This document shows, one piece after another, positions 44,961 to 57,700 of a DNA stretch of 64,000 nucleotides; within the stretch, counting starts at the first letter, position 1; every line of letters begins with the position of its first letter. Position numbers and translations under genes: made by a program. The notes beneath the pieces are model-generated. The model was not told the DNA's origin. It did not search any database and saw nothing but the letters and a program-made list of their open reading frames with translations. This DNA is from Lama guanicoe. Taxonomy: Eukaryota. The DNA lies in assembly GCA_013239625.1 (NCBI GenBank), contig MU053652.1, positions 1,676,001-1,740,000 of the forward strand, written 5' to 3'.

Positions 44961-45995
44961 AATATGGATAACTAAATACATTACTCACATTTGTGTTCTA
45001 AAGTGCGGATGGTCACCCCTTTTGGGAGACCTGTCTGCAGACAGCCTGGAGGATCTCGTGAGGCTCCTAGAGATGATCTCTTTCTCAAGGGCTGACCACC
45101 GAGCCCCAGCAAGGTGGGCCTGCAGCATCTGTGGTCCATGCGTCTGAAGCTCCCGTACCTGCCAGCTGAGGTGAGAGCGTCACGGCAGCTGGATGTCTGG
45201 CAGAGCCTACTTTCTGCTTCTCAATTCCCTCCAGGCCAGAGATAAAACGAGTAGTGCAGTTTGTGAATGAACCAGGGACGGTCAACATTCTGGCTGATAG
45301 TAAAGCACGGTATACGTGGTAATAATTGTGAGTCAATGCTTGCTGTCTGTGATAGAGAGTTTCAGAGGGACTGGACAGTTCGTTTCAATCCTGGTTGAAG
45401 AATGAATATGTCCACATGCTTCCTAGAATCGTGGCCTCTTAAACAAACCTTCAACACCATCCTGTCTTTCAACGACTTACTGTTCAGCAGTGGCCAGCTG
45501 ATTTGAAACAAAACTTTTTGTTTTGATATGCTGACCATCAGTCATAAGGACATTGGGGGGGAAAAAACCCCATGAGATCAAGAATAGAATTGTCAACATA
45601 AAATACATCTAAAACTGTACAGAATTATTATTTTTTCCCAGGATTATTATTTTTTAAAACATCTATTGGGCTGTTAGTAGGAGCCAGGCATTGGGCTAAG
45701 CCAGGCCTGTTGCTAGCAAGTGGTAAAGATCAGATACTACCGTGGTCTAATATCAGAGTCCTTGATTTTCCTTACACTGTGTGACAATTTAAATGTATGT
45801 TAGACTAATAGTGAGATTTTTCTGGCTAGAATTATCATCCTATGCTAATCCACACTGCATGTTTAGGTGGGGAGCCGTTCCGTGTGTAGCTGGGTAATGT
45901 GAATAGGAGCTGTGCTGCAAATGAAAACATAGTGTATCCAACACCCCCTTTATGTTTGCTACGTCATTTTAGACCTCAGATGACAGGGGGCTGGA

Positions 45996-46145
45996 AAATA
46001 ATAATAAAAGAAATGAGTGCTTATTAAGCACCTATTACATGCCAGGCACTGCGCCCCACACTTTAGGCATGGATTGCGTCAGAAAAGCGCGCAGACAGTC
46101 GCCTGGTATTACCTACATCTCGTGGATGAGGAAACTGAAGCTCCA
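45996..46145 (-). mobile_element. MIR SINE
   Basis: TTATTAAGCACCTATTACATGCCAGGCACTG...GATGAGGAAACTGAAGCTC. Confidence 0.85.
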
Positions 46146-49100
46146 CACCGTTGCATTTTAACCAGTCTTTAACCTCACATTACCAGCATATGCTTTTGGC
46201 AGGTTGTGTGCAAACCCACACGTGTGCTTTCACATCAGCAAGTTGTGCTGAGGCGTTCCTGCAGAGAGGGTCCCAAAGACAAGCTTCTCGCAGCCATGGC
46301 CAGACCCCCCCGCCAGCAGGCCCCCGGGTCAGGACTGACTGCCTGTCAGGAGAGGAGTCTTCCTCCCACCGCCGCAACCACAAGCTGCATGTGGCTCCTG
46401 CCGCGTCCCCTTGGCTGGCCTCCAGCCTCCCCTCCAGAGAGCCCTTGGCTTTCTCTTGGCTCTTGCCAACGCCACTGTCCTCATCTTCAACTCTCGTTCT
46501 CAGCCTGCTGACACTGCTCAGGGTGGCTGTCATCGTGGTCCCCTCTCTAGGGCTTCCTGTATTTTCAGGTTGTGGGCACTCAGTGGCTTGAGTTAACCTG
46601 GGGACAGAGAAATGAGGGAGACCTCATGCACTGGGCGGTGACAGAGGGAGGAGCTGGAACAATCAGTTGGGACAGAGGGGGCTAAGGATCTCCTGGTTCG
46701 GAGGTTGAGATCCGGGAGCTTTTTTTGCCTCAGGTGCAGCTCTCCTCCCATTCTTGGTCCTGAGTTGCACAGGCACAACTCACACCCACACACCACCAAT
46801 TATTGCTGCTTCACTTGTGCGAATGCGTGCATCTGTGTGCACTGCACACACACACACACGCACTGTGGCCACATCCCTCCCTGCTAGATTTCTGCCCCTC
46901 ACGAGTCAGTTTCATCAGGGTCTCTAATGATTTTGGCTCAGGACCATGAAGGAGAGGAAATGTGAGCTGCTTTCTGGCAATTGACAAAGACCCAGACTTT
47001 TCAGGATCTGATTTTTGATGCTCCGTGCCCTGAATGTTGTGTTTCTAGAAAGTCTTTTAAAAGTGAAACAGCCAGTGCTAGTTGGTGGGTCACCTGGATT
47101 GGATTCTCCTCCACAGGGTCAAGTAGTAGCCTTTTTCATCTGAGGACTCAGGGAACCAAGGAAGGAAGGACCTGGAAGGGGGACCTGGAAGGGAACTCCA
47201 CAAGCATGGTCTGCACCCGTGACATTCAATCAAAGTTGAGAACAAGTCACACACGTGAAGTGGAGCATCCATGGGGCGCTGCAGCCAGGAAGCCCAGTCA
47301 AATCCAAGCCAGGTGCTCCACACAGCTCCTGTCATGGTGCCATCTGAGTGGCCAACAGTCCAAGTGACCTTAGCCCTGAAATGCCTGTCTCCGTGGGTGG
47401 AGTATGGCGGCTGGGAAGCCCCTGCATAGACCCACGCCCCAGCTCGAGGGAGGAGGTGAGGATTTCAAAGGTCATCCCTAACATGTAACAGCCACCCTTT
47501 AGCCTCTCTCTTCCCCCTCTCCTATTCAATGACCTTCTCACTAATTTCTGTCCTGTGCTGACTTTAGGTCTCCCAATGTCTTTTGGGTGGTCAACTGAAA
47601 TTCAGGGCCCCGATTCTTTATGTAGCAACTTAGAAGGGGGCTGGAATGGGAACTTTTCTCTGGGAATTGCCAAGGATTGAAAATTGAGGGGAAGACAGCC
47701 TTGCTTTGACTGGGACCTTCCACCCCTCTGGCTCCTCCTGCTGTGTTTCCAGTAGTGGCGGCAGCCCTTACAGCTAGGGTGCAGGTGGAGAGCTAGCGTT
47801 CCTGGAGTGGCTGGCTCGGTCCCCACTGCTCATAATCTACGGGGCAGGCCTTCCCCTGTGCCCCGCTCCCCGGGCTCCAGGATGGCGAGGCGACGTAATT
47901 ATCCTGGGCAGCTGCACGGTGTTCATTGCCATGGCCTTACCTCATCAGTCGCCTGTTTTTCACTCTAGCTGCTTAAAATATAAACCAGATCCCTTGTTCC
48001 CCCAGTCGGACTGCCTTCAGAGCGGGACGGAGTGAGGTGTGTCATGCGTCCTCTGATTTGCAGTGTGTTTGGGTGATTTCCAGGTGGGCACAGGACGGGG
48101 GAGGGCAGCTCAGAGTGTGCAGAGGGAAGGGAGCTTGGCTTTCTGGGGACACCAGACCCAGCGGGTGACTTTGACAAGTTGTTTGCCTCTGAGGCCCCAT
48201 CTGTGGATTGGAGCAAAGCCTGTAAGTTGCCAATCATTTTTGTGGGAATTTGAGGAGTCTGGAGTCTGTGCAGAGGCCCTGAGCCATAAACCCTTCAGTG
48301 TGGTGTAACGCTGGAGAATGTCGCGGCCACTGCTGTCTCCGTCCCGAACCCACTGAGCTGTGGTTGGAGGCTGGGTGCCTGTTTCCTGCTGGGCTCTGAC
48401 CCAGCCCTCGTCTCTGCCACACAGGGCTTATCCTTGGGCGTCAGCTCAGAGCTTTGCGAGAGGCAGGAGAGGGCAGAGAGTAGGGGGAGGGAAATGTGTG
48501 CAGGCTCAGCTGATGCGCCCACAGGAAGCCATGCTGGCGCGCTGGCCAGTGCCACCACGTAGCCCGCGGGTACCCAGGGGCTCACCAGTGCACAAGTGAG
48601 CATCCCCAACACAGGCAGTCCCAGCACACATGCAGACACGGACGACTCCCACACTCCGTCAGGCGGTGGCTCTAAGTCTTCCTGCCACTTTCCACTCTCT
48701 GGGATGCCTCTCATCTTCCTTCTTTCCGCAGCCCCTCTTCCCTTCCTAGGAGATGGGGTGACGGGAGGGCGTTAGTGGTCCTCCTGCCGGGGGAGGAGCT
48801 GGCCTAGGCGGGGGCCCCCACGGATGGGGCTGGAGGCTCCATCAACAGCACTGATTAGAACAGGCTGCAGCAATACAGAGCGTTGTCATGGAAACCGGCC
48901 CTTGATGTTGTCCAGATTTCAGAATCTCTCCCCTCTCCCCACCTTGGTTATTTTCCTCCCTTCCTTGTTTTTATGCCCAAGGCTATTGCTACACATCTGA
49001 CAGAAGTTTGTGGGCCCACAACCAAGAGTGAGGACCACAGACCTCCGCCAGCCTCCCCTATGCAGCCTCCCTTCTAAATGGGGACGTGACCCTGCATGGC

Positions 49101-51269
49101 CAGGAAGCCTGAGGCAGGGCCCATGTACATCCTGCTCTGATCCTGAGGATACAGCCAGTGTGTCCGGATGCCAGAAGCAGAATCTGAGGCCCTGGGATGT
49201 GCTCTCTGTGCATGGAGGAGGGTGAGGGAGAGGCAGGTAGGCTAGGAAGCTACCCCAGCTCTGCCTGCTCCCCGGTGTGGCCCCAGAACAGAGCAACTGG
49301 GAGGTGGATTTGGGATCCTCATCACAGGTTAAAAACCAGAATGGGACTCTGGTTATCATCACCCACAAGGCCAGAAGTCAGGTGTGACTCAACTGCTCCA
49401 CCTGCGTGGGGGACACATCCTCTACCTGCTCTGCACCTGCACCTCGTCAGGGTCATGCTCGTGTAGCCGAGGGAGGTGAGAGCCACGCAGGGTGTGCCAT
49501 TCTGACTCCGACAGCATCACCCTGCCTCTGTGCCTCAGTGTCCACAAACAGCAAGATGGCGATCGTTTCCTCAGATTGACGGCATCCATCCCAAGGATGG
49601 TATCAGGCTCAAAAGAGACAACAGAGGGCAAGCTCTTTGGAAAGGAACCAGTCTCATACAAAGGGAGGAAGGCATCGTCACTGGGAACCTACCGTGAGGT
49701 GGACTTGGAACTGCAGGACTTACGAAGAGCCCCAGGCTGGCTTTCGTCTTGGAGAACCCGCACTTCTCAGTTTGAGTTTTGCTAAATTTCTGGGAGAGAC
49801 ACTACACAGTGCCTACAACAGTACCTTCACTCACCTTCCCTCCCTCTTTGCCTCCCGCTGTGGGCAGCAGGTACTGGTGTGGCAGAGATGCCAACAGGCT
49901 GGCTGATGTGGGCTGAGCCCAGCTACAAGCGAGCTGGGTACCTAGGGTGGTCAGAAAACTGTGCAACTGAGGGTTGGGTGCAAACTGTGGTCAAAAGGAA
50001 AAATTGAAATTCCATGCTGGAAACACCAAATCTGATGCCAATGAGGGAGCTGGGGATGGGGAGCAGGGGACAAAAGCACAATGTCAGAACCTGAGGAGAC
50101 TTGGGAGCCGAAGGGGAGGGGAGATCAAAGGCGGATGGTGTCCTGGAGTGGAGTGCAGTGGAAGGGCTGTGAGGTGGGCGGGCCAGCCCGGGTTGTCGGC
50201 CAGTCACAGGCATTGTACTAACAGGTGGAGAACAAGCCTGCGTTGATTGGTTGAAACGGGCCGTCAATCCTTGGGGATTGGATCCTCAGCATTTCTGTGT
50301 ATCCTTAGCCTGGGTTCTGGCCTGGTGAGGGGTGCATTTTGTTCTAATTTTCCTCCTCTGCCTACTCAATTGAATATAATGAGGAAATGGAGGGAATTCC
50401 CCAATGCGGCTGTTTTGCTGGAATCCAGGGAGGTGCTAGATGAGCTACGAGGAGGGCAAAGGATGCCCGAGCCCCTTCATCTCATTTCTCAGGAGGTCGG
50501 GGGTATCCCAGGTGGGCTTTCCTGTCTGGGGGCCTCTCCCTCCAAGCAGTAGAACGTGCCTCACTCTAAGTTAGGAAGGTGGTTAAAGGTAAGGGGGTAT
50601 CTGGCTGATTCTCTGTTCTGAGAACAAAGAGGAGGCTTCAGACACAAACCAGCCACTCTCTTCTTTCAGTGGTGTCCGTGCTGTGCATAAAACCCAGAAA
50701 AACAACCTATTTAGATCTGTTCTGCCCAGGGTCACATGTGTCCTCTCCCTGGTGTTTTATTTGCGGTCCTTTTACCTCCAGCTGCCTGTTTAGCACTAAC
50801 TAGCAAGGTAAGCACTGAAGCCTTTGCTGGTGTTGAGGGTGGAAGGTGTTGAGGATGTGCTCGTCCACATCTGGGACCCCAGAGGCATGTTTCCAGCATC
50901 GCTTTGGTTGTTATGATGAAAGAGTGACATCAAACCAGTCACTATGGTAACAGGTCACAACACAGAGTTGTCAAAAATCAAGATTTTCACAGTCAAAAAA
51001 GTTGATCTTTTTTTTCCCAAAATTTTACTCTGGTAAGGGGATAGCCATAGAATTTTGGAAGTTAAATATAGCTCGTAAATTTCTCAACCCAGTCAAATGC
51101 TTCAATCTTGTCATTTGTGTCCCTGTTGCCCGTTGAGTACTGGTATCAACCAGAACTCAGAGAAAAATTACCTACATAAGAGCGGCAGTAGAATGATGAG
51201 CATTTACAGTGGTGTGCTGGCTGCGCGAAGAAGAGATGTAATAAGTCTAGGAGCGCATGATAATTCTTT

Positions 51270-51665
51270 GCAGAGATGTAATGGGGGAAAAAACACTGAA
51301 AGGGAGCTCAAAAGCCCCACTTCCAGCTTCAGCAAAGCCATTTTTAGCTGTATGACTTTGGACAAATCACTTAATCTTACGAGGCTCCTCTGTGAGTGGA
51401 TGAAATGAGCCTACCTCCCAGAGATGGAGTGAGAAATAAATGGAGAATATATGTGAAAGCACCATCACGTGCCAATCGCTGTTAACAATGCTCTCTTCTC
51501 ATGGGCAGTTCTTCACAGCCTCCCCTTCTTACCCCTTCCCTCAGTTTTTCCATCTGTTAAATAGAGGCTGTGGCCTTCCCCCCTCCCCCGCATCCACACT
51601 TCCTCCCTGAGTCTCCCCCACGTTAGTGAAGAAAGAATAATAGATGTGAAAAGCTTTGAGTTCCT
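51270..51665 (+). mobile_element. Two MIR/MIR3-type fragments
   Basis: TAGCTGTATGACTTTGGACAAATCACTTAATCT...CCTACCTCCCAG...GTGAGAAATAAATG...TATGTGAAAGCAC; CCTCAGTTTTTCCATCTGTTAAATAGAG...GATGTGAAAAGCTTTG. Confidence 0.75.
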
Positions 51666-53099
51666 TGAAACCAAGGAGTGGGATAAATACTCTATATTGA
51701 TTATGATGATTCTATCTGGGACCAGAAAAATATGATTGCCTGGTTGCCAATAGCAACCAGATGGCAGTGCGGGAGGAGGGGCCGTGCTGTGCTGTGTGGA
51801 GAGGTGCCCTGGGAGCCCAAGAATGTTTCTTTTCTTCTCTTTTTAAAAAAAATCTCCATTCCTGCTGCCTTGGGCTGGCATTCCTGCTCTTAGGAGCCAT
51901 GGTCAGCTGTGAATGGGACTGGAAGCGAGTGGCCAGGAGGGCTGACTGAGGGCGTCTTTGGAGATGGCTCACAAGTGGCTGATGAGTCTTCCTTCAGAGT
52001 CACATTTCCTCCTTCCCGTGCAGAGATGGAAGATCCAGCTGGTGGGCAGGGAGGAGTGTGGATAGAAACTGGACCAGGGCAGAGAAGAGGCTGGACCATA
52101 TGGAGAAACAGAACCCCCAAGAGGATGGGGGCCATCTGAGAGTCGGTGGGTGGAGCCCAGCACAGAGCCCCAGGCTGGGTTAAAGCCACTTCCTCCTTCT
52201 GGGCGCCAGGCAGGCGTTGATTTAGGGAGGAGACCCCTCATCCTCACCTCCGGTGGTGGTGATTGCGGCCTCAGTCACGGTGCTGAGTTCCAGCGTCCTC
52301 TGCCTTTACGCCAGAGGTCCCAGCGCTGGGCTGCAGTGTGTACCGAACACACATTATCTCACATACCCTCACTGAACTGCTCTCCTTGTTTCCGTAGTTA
52401 CAGGGCCAGGCAGTGGGGACACCAAGATCAGAACTCACGGCTGCGGCCGCCAGCATCAGCAGCCTGTGCTCTCTCTGCCGGGATGTTGATCGTTTTCCCG
52501 GCTGGTCAGGGGCTCACCAGAAGCTGACTGCTAATGTTGAGCATGAGGGATCCCGAAGGACAGGCTTGTTATGTCAGAGAGCCCCTAGACTTTCCTGCTG
52601 GCCAGAGGCCCTGGCTTAATCCCTCTGTAGCACCTCTAAGACAGAGGGCGCTTGGCCTGTGGTCAGGACTTCCTCCCTCCAGCCTCCCTCCCTGTGTTGG
52701 GAGCTGTGAGTTCTCTGTAGCGCGCTTGGGACCTTGGTAAAGGTCTCATGTGGGGCTAGACATTTCTGGTTTCTGGCTGCCACCAGCTGATTCTGGGTGG
52801 TGGTGGTGGACGGTGGCTGGGAGGGTGTTTGTCACCTTCTTGAGGATGTGGTGAGGTCTCTACCATCCAGGGTTTACAGGGTGAGAAAGGAGTCAGGTAG
52901 AGATTGTAGAACACTGTCGGCCACCCATCTCTCTGCTTGAAAGAAGCTGCTCTGGCCGAAATGTGACTCCTGAACAATGGACACGGTCTGACCGCTGGTC
53001 ATATAGAAATTTGTAGTATTTATCACAGCACTCAAAGAGCATTTTTACGAGTTACGAATTTCCCTAGCATTGCAGAGTTATTCTGGTATGAAAGTCACA

Positions 53100-53282
53100 G
53101 TGACAGCTAATGTTTACTGAGCGTGTAGCACTTCACACGTGTAACCTCATCTAAACTTCACAATGACCCGACAAGGCGATCACTCCGTTTTTCCATTTGA
53201 CAGATGGGGAGGCTGAGTCCCATCAAGGACTGGTCATTGGGCCCAGCTTCTCCGAATCCAGGGTCTACACTCATAACCACTC
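53100..53282 (-). mobile_element. MIR SINE
   Basis: ACAGCTAATGTTTACTGAGCG...CTCATCTAAACTTCACAA...CCATTTGACAGATGGGGAGGCTGAG. Confidence 0.8.
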
Positions 53283-53379
53283 TCACTTTGCAGGTCCCAC
53301 ATCATCCAGGCCACTCTTCTGTTTCTCCTGGGAACCTGCCTGCTTCTGTCCTTCCTGCTCGCTCCTGTCCATATGTACT

Positions 53380-54055
53380 TGGCTGCCATGTTAATTTTCC
53401 TAATCTCACTGCCACCCAGCCACCTCTGTTCAGAAGGCACAACACCTCCCGCCACCTGCACAAGTTAAAACCCCTTTGCCTGACATTGTGGGCACTCGGC
53501 GATCTAGATAAAGCTCACCCCCGGGGCTCCCAGCACTCACGGGCACTCCTCTAGCTGCAGGCGGGAATGAGCAGGCCCAGCTCTCGGTGTTCTTACTGAT
53601 GTCATCACGCCTGTGGCCCCTGCTGGTTATTCTGGCTGGAATTTCTTTTTCCCTCTTCCTCTAGGCCCCAACTGTACGTGCCCAGATCTCACCCACCTTA
53701 TCAGGCTGAGCTTAGCTGCCTCCATTGTCATTGGGCCTTTAAGTTGATTTCCTCAGTGAGGCACAAATTCTCCCTCCTCTCCACTCTCCCAGGATTCCAT
53801 CTACCTTTCTTAGGCCGCTAACCATTTCCATCTTGCACGTACATTCATTCACTTACACGGTCAACATTTTCTGAGCCTCTCCCGTGTAGTACTAGGTGCT
53901 GGGGATAAAAGAGGAATAATGGATTCCAGCCCTTAAGGTCCTGAGTGCATGGAGACTTAGTAGCCGTGTGTGCTTGGCATCCTGTGCCTGACTGTCACCT
54001 GGCATGGTGCCCTAGTAGACATTTCTACATGACACATCTGTTTGGAATGAATGAA
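53380..54055 (+). mobile_element. L2 3' region with an antisense L2 tail nested at about 53843-53957
   Basis: Pyrimidine-rich L2-like body ending CCTGGCA...TAGTAG...TGTTTGGAATGAATGAA; internal opposite-strand tail ATTCATTCA...CAACATTTTCTGAGCCTCT...CTAGGTGCTGGGGATA. Confidence 0.6.
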
Positions 54056-54467
54056 GGTGCTTGATACTCCCTGACGCTAAAACAAGAGCTGCAGGAGGAC
54101 ACAGGGCTAAGCTGGGATGTGCTGTGTAGAAAACCAGGAGGCTGGTCCTTGTCACCTTATATACTAGGACACCTGTCTTGCCTAGAGAGGGGCAGATTGG
54201 ACCGCAGTCCTTCTTCCATCCTCTTCTGAGCAGGGACTGCTTGCTCAGCTGGGGAGACCTCTCCTCTACTTGCTTGCTCCTGGGGACCAGGTGCTCACAG
54301 ATGGCAGTAAGACTGGTAGGGTGATTTCCTTCCTTGGTTAGCATGCCAGTGGGATCCAGCAAAGGCTAAGACTTTCCAAATGTCGTGCTGAGTCCACAGG
54401 GTCCTGTTTAGGCTCTCGGTTTGGGAGCCCTCAGAGAAACACCAAATTTTCTAGCAACATTCTAGAG

Positions 54468-54796
54468 CAGGGGTCAGCCAGCTCCAGCGCCCGGGCCAGC
54501 TCTGGCCTGCCACCTGTTTTTGTACAGCCCACAAGTGAAGAATGTTCCTTACATTTTTAAATGGTTGGGGAAAAAATGTCAAAAGAAAAAGAAGCTTTCA
54601 TGACATGTGAAAATGATATGAAATTCAAATTGCAGTGCCCATAAATAAAGTTTTGCTGGAACACGTCCCCGCTCATTTGTTTACATCTTGTCTGTGCTAT
54701 AACAGCGGAGTTGAGGAGTTACAACAGAGATCACATCGCCCACGAAGCCTAAATATTTATTCTCTGGCCCTTTACAGGATACGTTTGTGAGCCTTG
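54468..54796. mobile_element. MER58B hAT-Charlie MITE, full length
   Basis: Begins CAGGGGTCAGC and ends TTTGTGAGCCTTG; internal TTTCATGACATGTGAAAAT.ATATGAAATTCAAATT.CAGTG.CCATAAATAAAGTTTT; 8-bp hAT-type TSD TTCTAGAG (54460-54467) / AGCTAGAG (54797-54804). Confidence 0.93.
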
Positions 54797-57700
54797 AGCT
54801 AGAGGATGAAGTTCTTTCTATACCCATCCTTTTCGGTCAGGAATAAAGTCAGCTGCTGGCCTGGGGATCAAAGGCCAGAGTTCAGGGGCCTGCAGACGGA
54901 CAAACCCTTGGCTTAGGATTTGGCATTTTGAGTTCTGTGAGGTGTGGAGTGAGACCTTTTCTTCTCTGGGTCTTTGGTCCTTGTAAGTTTGGACTGCATG
55001 GTCCTCCAGGTGGGTGCATGGTTTTGGTCTGTGGGGCCTGACCTGCAAAATGGTCTGCATTGCCTGAGTAGGGCCCTGGGCCTCCAGAATTTGCTTCTAA
55101 GGCCTTGGCCTTGGGAGCTATAAAGACCCTCGCTTGGCCGGCTGGTGGACACAGTTGCTCCTTGGCTGCCCCACCGCCATCCCCAGTCTCCCAGCCCTTG
55201 CACACACACACACCCCCACACACTTACCACGAGCACCATCTTTTTCCTCACATTGATCCCAGTTTGGACTCAGTTCAGCCTTTTTTTTTTTTTTAAAGCA
55301 CCCGAGATCTAGGTGGACTGTAATTATGTAATTCATCCTCATTATCGTTTCTAATTGTTCTCGGAGCTGTTTCCTAAACTGATTGGAAACAAATGCAGAC
55401 AGGGAATGGAGTGGGAAGCAGGCGAGGACCTGGAGGCTGGCCAGGGCCAGGCCGCCTGCTGGAGTCTGCATCTGATGGGTGGGCGCAGGGTGGGGACGGA
55501 GAGGCCCCCCCCCACCATGGTTCCTTGTGCCTGGGTCCTGGGGTGGCAAGAAGAAGCACTCCTGGAGGTGCAAGGAACGTTGCTTGAATCATTCACAAAT
55601 AACGACTCTCCTCCTGCTCCCGGCCCCACAGGCCGGCTGTTTTCCCTTTCTCGGCAGCCTCCGTGACGCTGGTAGGGCTCCCTGGGGATTCTGCCGGTGG
55701 CCCACAGGGAGCACAGCCCTTCCCTCCTGACTTCGAACTGTTTGTGCTTTCTTGACAGAAAAAAAAAATGTAACTCTTGAGCCACCCATCGCCCCCAGAA
55801 AGCCAGGGAGGTCCCGCGGAGGGAGAGCGTGGGGCTTCTTGCTGTTGGGCCGGAGCGTGTGAAACAGGGCTCCTGGTGGAATCTCCTGGGGAGGACCGCA
55901 GAGGGGCGACCCTCCTTGGGCCAGAACCCCAGGAAAGGGACCCAAATAAACGTTCCCTGGAGGGCCCTGCTGTTAGGAATGTGTCCCCCAGCCGCACAGT
56001 GCTCTGTGCCCCGTGGGACCAGAGGACAGCACCTGAGGGGTACTTGGTGGGGGCACCCAGAGCCATCTCTCCCCACCAGGTCTTCCTGAGATGTGCCTCA
56101 GTTTCTCCATCTGTGACTGTGTCGTCCCCCTATTCTGTTCCTTTCCTCACCTGCCTGCAGAAATGACATGAGACAACTTCCAATTAAAGCGCCGAGTTTC
56201 CTAGAAAGGGCAGATGAGCAGCGACGGGGCCGGGGCGTCGGGGGCAGGGAGGCGGGGAGACGCCCACCCTGCCTGGTGCTTGAAGAGATGCCCTTCCCAG
56301 CACATCATCAGCATCATCTCTGTTAACATTCACAAAACCCCTCCAAGGGAGGGGAGGCTATGACGCCAATTTTCCTATTGGGAAAACCCTTGAGGAAGAA
56401 GGGTTAAATCTGATTCCACAAACATGGCTGAAGCATCTCCTGTGTGGCGGGCACTAGCTGGGCACGGAAAGTGGAGGCAGACAGAGCCCATCTCCGGGGC
56501 CCTGCATTTCCAGGTTCCCACGATGTTGAACGTGGGTCTGACTCCAAGCTCTTCCCACCAGACCGAAGCTGCCCGTCGAGGCTGAGACTGGTCAGGCATA
56601 AGCTTGCTTGGAGGATTCAGCCCAGGGCCACGTGGGGTGTGGTGTGGGTGTGGACCCGAGGACCCATCCCTGGTGAGTGTAATGAGGGGTCCCTTTTCCT
56701 GGCATTTTTTTTTCTCTCTCTCTCTCGTTTTTTAGCCTCTGGAGCCAGAGGTGGAGGGAAAGGGGAGTTGGAGAGGTGCCTGTGGAGAGCTGGGGACCCA
56801 AAGTCCCTCACTCCCCCTCGGTCCTCCACCTTGAGCACCAGGGCTCCACTGGTGGTGTTCAAGGCCCAGAATCACCTCAGCCCCACACCCTATTCCTGTC
56901 CCAGCAGGCCGCCTGGCCAGTCCACCTGCACCCCATCTCTCTCAGGGTGAGAAGAGGCCTCCGAGATGTTTTGTGTTCTGGAAGCTCTTCCCTCTGCCCT
57001 GACAGGACACACAGCATGGCAGCATTGCACACAGGCTCTGTTCTGGTGCTGTTTCAGCCCCCGAGATTGCTGGAGTCTCCTGCCACCTCTTAAGCTTGGG
57101 ATTGCCTTTGTTGGGACACCTAGGGATCACTGACCTGCTTCAGGGCAGAGCCCACTCCTGCACCCCACTTCCTGTTCAGTCACTGAGCTCAGTTGATGCC
57201 CAGGGGGTGGATGTGAGCGGATCCAGCCTGTGTGGCCATGAACTGTGACCTGGGGCCCCTGCCTAGGCCAGCGTTTCTCAGCGTTTTCTCCTTATCACTT
57301 TCTTCCACTAGGACAAGAAACAAACTAAATTCAAACTCTTCCGAATGAGAAGGTATGCCCAGGGATGTGAATTTGAGCCTTGGAGGGCCACAGACCATTG
57401 CAATATCCAAGAGGGTTTTTTTTTTTTTGTCCTCAATCTTCTCCCTCTTGGGGGCGCTATTGCCCCCCTTGAGAATGCACACTGGATGCTTTCCAGAACA
57501 TGTTTCCAAACTGTAATTTCTCTGTTGTCTCCTTTAACATATAAAAGCAAGGATCTTCACGAAGGAACAATATGGTTTCAAGGACTGAGTCAGACATACA
57601 AATGTGGTACTAAATCTGCTACTGGAGCAAATGACTTTCACTTTTCCCCAGGAACCCCCCCAGGAACCAGAGCCCACTGGACTGCCTTTCTCCAGAATGA

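Noticed and set aside
47168..47193. Perfect 13-bp tandem duplication GGACCTGGAAGGG; similar short tandems near 21402 and 39490
   Set aside because: Ordinary replication-slippage products; no spacer structure, so not CRISPR-like or otherwise an array.
51754..51767. CTCF-like CAACCAGATGGCAG
   Set aside because: Mismatch at a nearly invariant C of the core; better explained as an X-box plus E-box.
55351..56076. 241-aa ORF (-) and overlapping ORFs
   Set aside because: No recognisable homology; P/G/R/S-rich composition typical of chance ORFs in GC-rich sequence, with several frames open at once.
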